Below, piece after piece: positions 1 to 9,700 of a DNA stretch of 64,000 nt. The notes below the pieces were generated by a model, which saw only the letters and a program-made list of their open reading frames with translations, made no database searches and had not been told where the DNA came from. The stretch comes from Giardia intestinalis (taxonomy: Eukaryota). The stretch is taken from NCBI GenBank assembly GCA_000002435.2, contig CM018790.1, one strand, 5' to 3'. The stretch's first letter is position 1, and each line of letters begins with the position of its first letter. Made by a program: the position numbers and the translations under genes.

Positions 1-2021
1 TCTAAAAAAACTTCGGAAGCCTTATAATTCATAAAGTCAATCAGCTTGTGTAAATAAAACTGCACCATAGGATTGCCAAAGTCGGCAGAAATTCCGGCCG
101 AGGCGTATGTGGAGAGGTCGCATTTCCAACACGGAGTATTTAGATTCTCAAACCCAGCTTGCTTTTGATGAGCAGAAGAAATCCAAAGGTTTGTTTGATA
201 GAGGATCTGATCATATGGTGAGTTTAGCATTTCCATCTTACACGCCTTACAGTAAGGGCTGAAGCATTGGGGGCATAGATACATTTTTCCTTTAGCATTA
301 AGGAGCAAGGCTATCTCTATTGTTGGAAAAATAGGCATGTTATGGTCGGAAGCTTTGTCCCCAAGAAACCGCTGAGCATCGAGTGTATACACATCTGAAA
401 GCTCTCCAATAAAGAGATCAGAGGCTCCTAGCTCCTGTTGACATATGCTGCACAATACCGGTCGGATCATATTTGCCGTTGAGAACGTAACATGATAGCT
501 GCACTCATATGATATGCTCGGTTGTTCTAGATCAAGTGCTTGCAAATAGAGCCCACTGGCTTCATGAAAAGAGCGTCGCTTTAATTGTGGCTCTAGATTG
601 CCATCCGTATGGGCATCAGCTACACTAGAAGAAGTGCTGCTAATGGTAGATTTTGAGGAATACAGTTGTCCATCTATTACAGCCTCTTCTTTGGACTCGT
701 CCTGTTCTTCTTCCAGATCCTGAAGCTTAACGTCTTGGAATGTCACAGAATGATCTCTGAGACTTATGTTTTGATTTGGAATCAGTGAGCACGTAAGAGA
801 GCATTGAAAGAGATGTGCACTTTGAGGAATTTCCGCCAATGAAACTCTTCCAACCACGTGACAGGTACGAATGCAAGTTTCCGTGCAACAAACCTCAGGA
901 TACAATAGATCCTCTAACCCCCCTTGTAAAGGTATGTGCAAATTGGCTACTTTGTCGTCCTGAAGATGTGCATTTATGACAAAAGTAAGGGGGACTCTTT
1001 GAACCCCTTTACAAACGGTGGGATCTGAGATAGGGAGGGTCAATAATATACCTGTTAAGAATACACTTAAAGAGGTTGTCAATTGTTCGGAGCGAACAAG
1101 AAGCTCTCCATCAAGAAAAACAGAGGGGAAAATGCGCCCATCTATTGCCCATATTCTCCGTACAAGGACAAGAACACTCGCTATAGTACTTTCTCTTCCT
1201 TGGGCCTCAGACATATAATGGTAAATCGCAGCGTCCCCTACAGATATATGGTCGTAGCAAAGATAATTGGTTGCCCAAAAGAGATCCATGCGGCGAAAGA
1301 GCCTACTAGCAGCCATGCTCACTGGTACATACTGATGATCGCCTACCAATTGTTGCAAAGGGGCGTCTATTAATGCGGTAAGACCCCGGTTCCCAAGGCC
1401 CCCAGGAAGAGAGTAGTCACAGGGAGTATCAGTAGATCTATTATCAGGGAGGTACTCTGCATTCATGGCCATGAGAGCTCTTTCATAACCCTTTATTATC
1501 GGTGGGAATACAGGAGTGTCCTGTGTCTGTGCATCTGTCAGTATCTTGAGCTTCAAAGACTCAAGGGAAGCAAGCATTGGAATAGTAACGTCTTTCCTAA
1601 CACTAGCTGTGCCAATAATAGATTGTGAATCGTTTTCTGATGCCTCCTCAACAGGAAAGTTAAAAGATTCTGTTTGGATTGCCGCAGGCGTCGAATTAAT
1701 GAGAATACCAGCCGTGCCAAATTCGCGAACACCAGAGGCATGGAGGACATGAGGCATGCCAAGGGGGAGTGCAGTGATGGGTGGATAAGAAGAGCCAACA
1801 AGAACAATATCGAAAATATGAGCACAAATGTCACGAAGAAGATCCTTAGTGGCTGGATTCTGCGATAACTGAATTAGTAGCGGAGTGCTGAGATGCTGTA
1901 TCTTAAAGTAAGGTACAGCTAGAGACTCTTTGGTTCGAAGTATATAGACAAAATATGTTAATTTGTCCAACGAACGTTGACCCGTAATGGCTTCCTTAGG
2001 TATATTGCCTATTGGAATTAT
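1..2021 (-). CDS. Exon 2 (partial) of an intron-containing gene; hypothetical protein, more than 670 aa in window, Cys-rich C-terminal region (CPQCFSPYCKAC...CWKC). The reading frame continues past position 1, so the 3-prime end lies outside the window.
   Basis: Manual minus-strand translation is open from 2021 down to position 1 and protein-like (…DIVLVGSSYPPITALPLGMPHVLHASGVREFGTAG…). The ORF track misses it because there is no stop in the window. It joins in phase to exon 1 across a canonical Giardia intron. Confidence 0.6.
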   Translation of the reverse strand, partial: MIPIGNIPKEAITGQRSLDKLTYFVYILRTKESLAVPYFKIQHLSTPLLIQLSQNPATKDLLRDICAHIFDIVLVGSSYPPITALPLGMPHVLHASGVREFGTAGILINSTPAAIQTESFNFPVEEASENDSQSIIGTASVRKDVTIPMLASLESLKLKILTDAQTQDTPVFPPIIKGYERALMAMNAEYLPDNRSTDTPCDYSLPGGLGNRGLTALIDAPLQQLVGDHQYVPVSMAASRLFRRMDLFWATNYLCYDHISVGDAAIYHYMSEAQGRESTIASVLVLVRRIWAIDGRIFPSVFLDGELLVRSEQLTTSLSVFLTGILLTLPISDPTVCKGVQRVPLTFVINAHLQDDKVANLHIPLQGGLEDLLYPEVCCTETCIRTCHVVGRVSLAEIPQSAHLFQCSLTCSLIPNQNISLRDHSVTFQDVKLQDLEEEQDESKEEAVIDGQLYSSKSTISSTSSSVADAHTDGNLEPQLKRRSFHEASGLYLQALDLEQPSISYECSYHVTFSTANMIRPVLCSICQQELGASDLFIGELSDVYTLDAQRFLGDKASDHNMPIFPTIEIALLLNAKGKMYLCPQCFSPYCKACKMEMLNSPYDQILYQTNLWISSAHQKQAGFENLNTPCWKCDLSTYASAGISADFGNPMVQFYLHKLIDFMNYKASEVFL

Positions 2022-2241
2022 CTGTGTGTCAGTTGGATGGTAAATGCTCGGCGGTCAATCCCTCGTCTAAAAGCCCGTTAATAGAAAGCCAAAAGAGGTA
2101 AGAAGTTGAATAGTTGGCAGGAATGCGTACCCTTTTGGCAGTTTCGTAGAGCGTGATAGGAGAGGAAATTGTTCTACCTTCGATCCGCTGGGCTAGTTTC
2201 CAGTAATCTTGAAGTATAGTGCCGCCGAGCTACAAACATAC
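2022..2241 (-). other. 220-nt spliceosomal cis-intron (minus strand): 5-prime GTATGTT ... CAACTGACACACAG 3-prime
   Basis: Seen in sequence: minus-strand GTATGTT at 2241-2235 and a fused branch-point/acceptor CAACTGACACACAG ending at 2022. Both match the Giardia intron consensus (GTATGTT / [AC]CTRACACACAG). The exon 1-exon 2 junction stays in frame (…LGR|IIPIGN…). Confidence 0.7.
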
Positions 2242-2331
2242 TCTTCCTAAATGGAGTTCTTTGTTCGAGTAATGGATAACGACAAATTCGCCTGGAAGGA
2301 AAACACCGTTACTCGTGTCAAAGAAAGTCAT
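2242..2331 (-). CDS. Exon 1 (30 codons, MTFFDTSNGVFLPGEFVVIHYSNKELHLGR) of the intron-containing gene
   Basis: ATG at 2331 (minus) is preceded by an A-rich initiator (caaaaaaagaaaATG). The exon is exactly 90 nt and ends immediately before GTATGTT. Without splicing the frame hits TAG after 3 more codons. Confidence 0.6.
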
Positions 2332-2734
2332 TTTCTTTTTTTGGTACTAACGGTGATCATAATAGTGCCTCTAACTCAGAGATAAGCCACTATGATATCT
2401 ACTGGAGTATTACTAGCTTAATTACGAGCATACTATTAGATATCTCTTGGCAGAAAGAGGCTGTCGCTTGTCAGTAGAAAAATAAGGAGGAAGGTTTATT
2501 TTCTCGAATTATCTGCGTAATTCTAGCGAGTTTTGTGTCTGTCGCCACTGAGCTTGTTGACTAGGTAGTCAATATAAGGCATGTTAGGTGCCATACATTG
2601 TTATCATGAGTTTTGGGCTGATTTCATCAATCTGATAGCGAATGACCTGTACATGTAATACACTGATATAGCTGCTTCACTATAGCCCAGGATGAAGAAT
2701 TAGACGCAGGGTTTTGCCGAGACATGTAGGCAAG

Positions 2735-3991
2735 CGCGCGGGGACGCCTGTCTGCAGGGGGCCGCAGCCCCAGGCGTCTCATCCCGGGCGCCGCACGCTG
2801 CACCCCTGGACTCGGTCCCTCGGGGCCCTGAGCATGCCTCCACACTGCGCGGGACAGAACCTGCTCACCAGGAGCTGAGGAGATGCCCCGCTCAGTGCCC
2901 ATGCCGACGACACATCCATCTTCCATAGTAGCAACAGTGACGCGACGGGGGTAGTCACAGAGGCGGCAGGCCTGGCGAAGCGATTGGCTCGACGGTCAAC
3001 ACTGACAAGTATAGGAACACAGAGGGGCAGGAGGCCTCCTTCCTGGCCGGTCGAAGGAGCTCCCAGGGCAACGGAGGGCCGAAGCTAGTGATGGCACTAA
3101 TCACTCGCCGTGCTGGTTGAGACGGACCCACACGCAACCCATGTGAATCCCTCGACAAGAGATGGGGCCCCTGGGGTGCTTGGCTGACAGAGGCGGACTG
3201 ATCCTGCCCACACCGGAGAGCGGTGACCTGGGCCACCTGCCGGGCGTCTGCCGCAGCAGCTGGCAGTGCCTGACACCCTCGAGTGGACAGGCGCCGGTTG
3301 TAGAGAGACGACCTCGATGAACCGGTCCTGACCGCTCCTGGTGCCTCAGACGACGCCTCTCAGAGAGGTGGCCCTGGACCGACGCCTCGGTGGACCGAAG
3401 CATCACCCAAGTGTGCTGTGCAGATGGACCAGCCCACACGTCACCGAGCCAGACGCACTGCACAGGGTGAGCGCCGACATGATCTCGTGCTGGGTGACGG
3501 ACCACCTGCAAGAGTGCACTGCGATCCATGAGTAGGAGGGCAAACCAGGGCCGGACCTCTCCCCCGACACAACGCATGGGAGTACTCTGCCGGCATCCGC
3601 GAACGCGTACTATGACTCCAAGATAGAGGCGCACGGGGAGCGCATCCTTGATAATGGAACAGATGGTGCCCTCCACGAGAAGATGAAGAGGCACCCCGAG
3701 GAACGAGGTAGGCACCCGGGGTCGTGGCGTATCCTATCTTCGTCATGAAGCATCAGCACCACAAAGCTACTCCGGAGTACATGGCCAGAGTCAATTGCTC
3801 TCGAGACTAGATCGCTGTGACCGACACAAGGCCCGAGACAACGGATGCTCAATAGATGTCAGACGATGGTTGACCCCGACGGGCCAGAGAGAAGAGACGC
3901 CCCGGAGCATATAGTGGAGCACCCAACGGCTCCCAGGCGGGATGCACAAGGCTCTTCTCCAGAGTGGGCGGCATCCGAGCTTCGGACTCTG
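2735..3991. repeat. Left arm of a 1257-bp GC-rich (about 62%) inverted repeat; reverse complement of 11165-12421
   Basis: Six pairs of track ORFs have identical translations on opposite strands (e.g. 3101..3715(-) = 11441..12055(+); 2627..2926(-) = 12230..12439(+)). Boundaries were placed by base-by-base comparison. Only 1-2 mismatches were noticed (PEHIVEH vs PERIVEH). The arm is GC-rich with ORFs in all frames, so it is read as non-coding. Confidence 0.85.
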
Positions 3992-3998
3992 GACGGGT

Positions 3999-6120
3999 TT
4001 ACTCGGACAGGAGCTGGCAAGCCGACCTTGATGAAGAAGAGCAGATCTCGTTTGAGAAGATGTCTACTATCTCTTTGCGATCCTTCTTCTTAGCGATATT
4101 GAGGGCAGTGGTACCAGGCGAGTGACCATGGCAGCTGCAGGTTGTCTTCAGATATTTCTCGTTTTCTTTAGGAAGTCTTGTACATTCCACGGTGTTGCTA
4201 TATGCTGCGTTCATAAGGGCGATCCCCCTTGGTCGTTTGCATGCCGCCTTCGCCCTTCAGCAGGGGCCTGACACACTCTGGATGGCCATTGCACACCGTC
4301 CATGTGAGGACAGTCTGATGCTCGTTGTTCTTTATACGAGCTTCTTGCTTGAGCAGCTCTACACTCCCTTCGTGCCCTCGTGCTGCTGCATACATGAGCT
4401 CCGTCCACCCTGAGATACTGCTCTCATACTCCATCAAAAGCTCAACGTGCCCAATATAGTCCACCAGGGGGTCATTGGAACGATTGCACCGTGCCGCGAA
4501 TACGAGAGCGGTCCAACCGCCTACTTTCTCTCCCTTTTCGTGTTCCACTAGCAGTTCTACTATTTCTGCGTATCCATTGCCGCAGCCACCATCAGAGCTG
4601 TTCCTTTGCGCATGTACCATCCGCTTCTTGTGACCTCTTTGTATGTTTTCCTCCCCCTCTGGATGGGTAAGAGTGCTTTTACAGCCCCCGCGTCGTTTCT
4701 ATTGACAGCTCGCATGAGCGCCGTGACGCCGTTCTCATCGGTTGGGTCGATGGCCTCCACCACGGTTCCATGTCCTGCCTCTGCCGCAATCACCAAGGCC
4801 GTCTTGCCTTCGCTGCCGATCCGGTCCTTCTCATATGGGACCAGAAGGGAGGCAGCTCTTGCATAGTCCTCCTCTGTGGCGATCATCAGGTAGTCCAGCC
4901 ATTCTTGTCCTGGAGGCCCCTCTCCTCCCCAACAAGCAACTCGACGGGACTGACGTGCCCCTGCTCGTCGCGCTGACCAACGCCGAGTCTTTCTTCAAGC
5001 AGCATCCAGACGGTCTCCGTGCTATTTGTGTGCAGCACGCATCAGCCCGGGCAACAAAAAGAGGCTGGACTGAGGGTCAGTCGTGTTCATCCTGTCACCG
5101 AACTGTGCAAGCCTATTCTCCAGTGCCTTACTCATGGCTAGATGCTCCTTACCTTGGTCTTCAAGTGCGTCGATCTTAGTAGATCTAGTCTTAACATCCT
5201 CTTCCAGCAACGCGATCCTGGCGTTAGCGCCATTCAGCGCAGCCTCCAAGGATCCGCACTTATACTTCAGCATCACGCACTGACCTCCCAACTCACCAAC
5301 TGGGATGTCGAATGTAGCGAGCGTCTCGTGCAGCTCCCTGGCCGTCGGCCTCCTCTCTGGCTCCAATACGAATATCCGCTCCAGAACACTCTTTATGAAG
5401 CCATCAGTGACACCGCTCAGGTCCGGCCTCCACCCATCGATGAAGACCTCTGCTGGCTCCTTGCCCCCCAAGAAGTCCGGTCTCCTCAGAGTAGTAAGTT
5501 CATAAATGATGACCCCGAGGCTCCATACATCAGAAGCGGGGCTGGCCTCATTACGGAGGAGCGCCTCGGGGGCCATGTATACTGCCGTGCCTGCAATGGT
5601 GCTCCCGCATCTCAGGGCGTCCTTACAGAGGCCGAAGTCGGCGATGACGAAGCGCTCTCCGTCTGCGCTGATGAGGACGTTGGCAGGCTTGAGGTCGCGG
5701 TGGACGAGGCCCTTAGCACCTACCCCACTAAGGCCGTGGAGGTAGGCGAGGGCGGCGGCGACCTGCTTCATGACAGAGAGGATCATAGCGATAGGGACGG
5801 GGATCTTCCTTCGTTTGTGCTCGGTGAGGAGGTTGTCAAGAGTCCTGCTGTGCCGGTCCGTGACGACGTAGATGAGGCCCTCGTCTTCAATCACTTGATG
5901 ATACTTGAGGACCCGGGTGAAAGATGTTAAGAAGGGCGGCCAGCCTACGCTTAATAGCATCCACACCGTGCTGATCCAGACCGTCGAGCCGGATCTCCTT
6001 CACAGCAAGGTGGGGGCATCCCCTGAGAGAGTAGATAACACTGAAGGCCCCCGCTGAGCACGGGGATGCCACCAGCGCCCATCGGCTCTGCAAAGCCGCT
6101 AACTGCACTGTTACTAGCAA
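3999..6120 (-). pseudogene. Decayed NEK-kinase/ankyrin-repeat (Protein 21.1-like) gene with at least 3 frameshifts
   Basis: The kinase N-lobe (GAFSVIY…LAVKEI) is in frame of 5887..6120. The catalytic core (HRDLKPANVL, ADFGLCK, YMAPE) is in 5022..5966. The ankyrin repeats are split over three frames (4560..4886, 4198..4620, 3999..4214). All are on the minus strand and contiguous. Confidence 0.55.
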
Positions 6121-6754
6121 CTCCTAGGGCGCCCTCTGCGGTGGCTGGGACAGGGAGTGGAGTCAACAGCCGCAGCTGATTTTAACTGCAATCCGGAGCC
6201 ATCCTTTGGAGTGGCCTTGGCTACTACCCGAGCAAGGCGCCCAGTGTGAGCTGTCGATGGCAGGCCAAGGAGAGGCATACTAACGGCTTGTATGGCCTTA
6301 AGCAGGCCGGATCCTGGAGGCCGACGCGGAGTGCCCCAGACAGAGTATGCCGATCAGGGACCACACTGAGCTCTGGATGCATCACTAGGGAGAACTCTCG
6401 TCATGTTATCCACAACCAGCCATCGTCTCCGGACGGTCGAGAAGTAGGCGCGGCTTACCCATGAGACCTCTGAGCGCACCTGCAGGCGGGGTCAGTGATA
6501 CAGTGACAGCAATGTACAGGAGTGCGCCCCGAGCAATCACTCCACAAGAGAGGTGCGGTCTGAGTCTGGCCCTCACTGGTCCTGTTCCTATGGAAGTCAG
6601 AGAGAACTACACTATCAGCTGGCCTCTGGTTGGTGTGCTCCTATCTCGTCCTTCTCCGGTCCAACTGATCAAGAGAGCAAGAGCGGCTGTCTCTCACTGC
6701 TCGCGGTCAATGCACAAGTCTGATGAAAGAGCAGTGGCACGTGTACTCCGGCTA

Positions 6755-9700
6755 ATGTTGGTAGGATTTCTCCTAGTTTGTGCAACAGTGCTGGCAAAGG
6801 ACAGTGGGAAGACCGCGCAGTGTGACGGAGACAATGGCTACACGCTCCAGGGCGACGCGTGCACCAAGGCGGCTCCTGACAACGCGTGCCAGACCCTGGG
6901 AACCGCCGGGTGTGCCACGTGCGACTCGGGTAGCGGCGGGGAAACCTGTCTTACATGCAAGAAGGACGCGCAATACGTCGCGGCCAACAAGAAGAGCTGC
7001 AAGGATGCCTGCGACACGAGCGGAGGAGAGGTAATAGACCAGGCTGCCAGCCCGGCGAAGGTCTGCAAGTGTGACGGAGACAATGGCTACACGCTCCAGG
7101 GCGACGCGTGCACCAAGGCGGCTCCTGACAACGCGTGCCAGACCCTGGGAACCGCCGGGTGTGCCACGTGCGACTCGGGTAGCGGCGGGGAAACCTGTCT
7201 TACATGCAAGAAGGACGCGCAATACGTCGCGGCCAACAAGAAGAGCTGCAAGGATGCCTGCGACACGAGCGGAGGAGAGGTAATAGACCAGGCTGCCAGC
7301 CCGGCGAAGGTCTGCAAGTGTGACGGAGACAATGGCTACACGCTCCAGGGCGACGCGTGCACCAAGGCGGCTCCTGACAACGCGTGCCAGACCCTGGGAA
7401 CCGCCGGGTGTGCCACGTGCGACTCGGGTAGCGGCGGGGAAACCTGTCTTACATGCAAGAAGGACGCGCAATACGTCGCGGCCAACAAGAAGAGCTGCAA
7501 GGATGCCTGCGACACGAGCGGAGGAGAGGTAATAGACCAGGCTGCCAGCCCGGCGAAGGTCTGCAAGTGTGACGGAGACAATGGCTACACGCTCCAGGGC
7601 GACGCGTGCACCAAGGCGGCTCCTGACAACGCGTGCCAGACCCTGGGAACCGCCGGGTGTGCCACGTGCGACTCGGGTAGCGGCGGGGAAACCTGTCTTA
7701 CATGCAAGAAGGACGCGCAATACGTCGCGGCCAACAAGAAGAGCTGCAAGGATGCCTGCGACACGAGCGGAGGAGAGGTAATAGACCAGGCTGCCAGCCC
7801 GGCGAAGGTCTGCAAGTGTGACGGAGACAATGGCTACACGCTCCAGGGCGACGCGTGCACCAAGGCGGCTCCTGACAACGCGTGCCAGACCCTGGGAACC
7901 GCCGGGTGTGCCACGTGCGACTCGGGTAGCGGCGGGGAAACCTGTCTTACATGCAAGAAGGACGCGCAATACGTCGCGGCCAACAAGAAGAGCTGCAAGG
8001 ATGCCTGCGACACGAGCGGAGGAGAGGTAATAGACCAGGCTGCCAGCCCGGCGAAGGTCTGCAAGTGTGACGGAGACAATGGCTACACGCTCCAGGGCGA
8101 CGCGTGCACCAAGGCGGCTCCTGACAACGCGTGCCAGACCCTGGGAACCGCCGGGTGTGCCACGTGCGACTCGGGTAGCGGCGGGGAAACCTGTCTTACA
8201 TGCAAGAAGGACGCGCAATACGTCGCGGCCAACAAGAAGAGCTGCAAGGATGCCTGCGACACGAGCGGAGGAGAGGTAATAGACCAGGCTGCCAGCCCGG
8301 CGAAGGTCTGCAAGTGTGACGGAGACAATGGCTACACGCTCCAGGGCGACGCGTGCACCAAGGCGGCTCCTGACAACGCGTGCCAGACCCTGGGAACCGC
8401 CGGGTGTGCCACGTGCGACTCGGGTAGCGGCGGGGAAACCTGTCTTACATGCAAGAAGGACGCGCAATACGTCGCGGCCAACAAGAAGAGCTGCAAGGAT
8501 GCCTGCGACACGAGCGGAGGAGAGGTAATAGACCAGGCTGCCAGCCCGGCGAAGGTCTGCAAGTGTGACGGAGACAATGGCTACACGCTCCAGGGCGACG
8601 CGTGCACCAAGGCGGCTCCTGACAACGCGTGCCAGACCCTGGGAACCGCCGGGTGTGCCACGTGCGACTCGGGTAGCGGCGGGGAAACCTGTCTTACATG
8701 CAAGAAGGACGCGCAATACGTCGCGGCCAACAAGAAGAGCTGCAAGGATGCCTGCGACACGAGCGGAGGAGAGGTAATAGACCAGGCTGCCAGCCCGGCG
8801 AAGGTCTGCAAGTGTGACGGAGACAATGGCTACACGCTCCAGGGCGACGCGTGCACCAAGGCGGCTCCTGACAACGCGTGCCAGACCCTGGGAACCGCCG
8901 GGTGTGCCACGTGCGACTCGGGTAGCGGCGGGGAAACCTGTCTTACATGCAAGAAGGACGCGCAATACGTCGCGGCCAACAAGAAGAGCTGCAAGGATGC
9001 CTGCGACACGAGCGGAGGAGAGGTAATAGACCAGGCTGCCAGCCCGGCGAAGGTCTGCAAGTGTGACGGAGACAATGGCTACACGCTCCAGGGCGACGCG
9101 TGCACCAAGGCGGCTCCTGACAACGCGTGCCAGACCCTGGGAACCGCCGGGTGTGCCACGTGCGACTCGGGTAGCGGCGGGGAAACCTGTCTTACATGCA
9201 AGAAGGACGCGCAATACGTCGCGGCCAACAAGAAGAGCTGCAAGGATGCCTGCGACACGAGCGGAGGAGAGGTAATAGACCAGGCTGCCAGCCCGGCGAA
9301 GGTCTGCAAGTGTGACGGAGACAATGGCTACACGCTCCAGGGCGACGCGTGCACCAAGGCGGCTCCTGACAACGCGTGCCAGACCCTGGGAACCGCCGGG
9401 TGTGCCACGTGCGACTCGGGTAGCGGCGGGGAAACCTGTCTTACATGCAAGAAGGACGCGCAATACGTCGCGGCCAACAAGAAGAGCTGCAAGGATGCCT
9501 GCGACACGAGCGGAGGAGAGGTAATAGACCAGGCTGCCAGCCCGGCGAAGGTCTGCAAGTGTGACGGAGACAATGGCTACACGCTCCAGGGCGACGCGTG
9601 CACCAAGGCGGCTCCTGACAACGCGTGCCAGACCCTGGGAACCGCCGGGTGTGCCACGTGCGACTCGGGTAGCGGCGGGGAAACCTGTCTTACATGCAAG

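Noticed and set aside
1018-1868. Small plus-strand ORFs (66-96 aa) at 1.0-1.9 kb
   Set aside because: They sit inside the long minus-strand exon 2 of the intron-containing gene and are antisense noise.
2735-3991. Multiple 60-200-aa ORFs on both strands inside the inverted-repeat arms (e.g. 3101..3715, 11441..12055)
   Set aside because: They overlap in several frames in GC-rich DNA and are R/G/P/A-rich with no domain features, which is the signature of non-coding GC-rich sequence. The possibility that the arms are rDNA was also considered and dropped because universal rRNA motifs are absent.
5142-5930. 262-aa plus-strand ORF
   Set aside because: It is antisense to the kinase catalytic core of the NEK pseudogene and has no features of its own.
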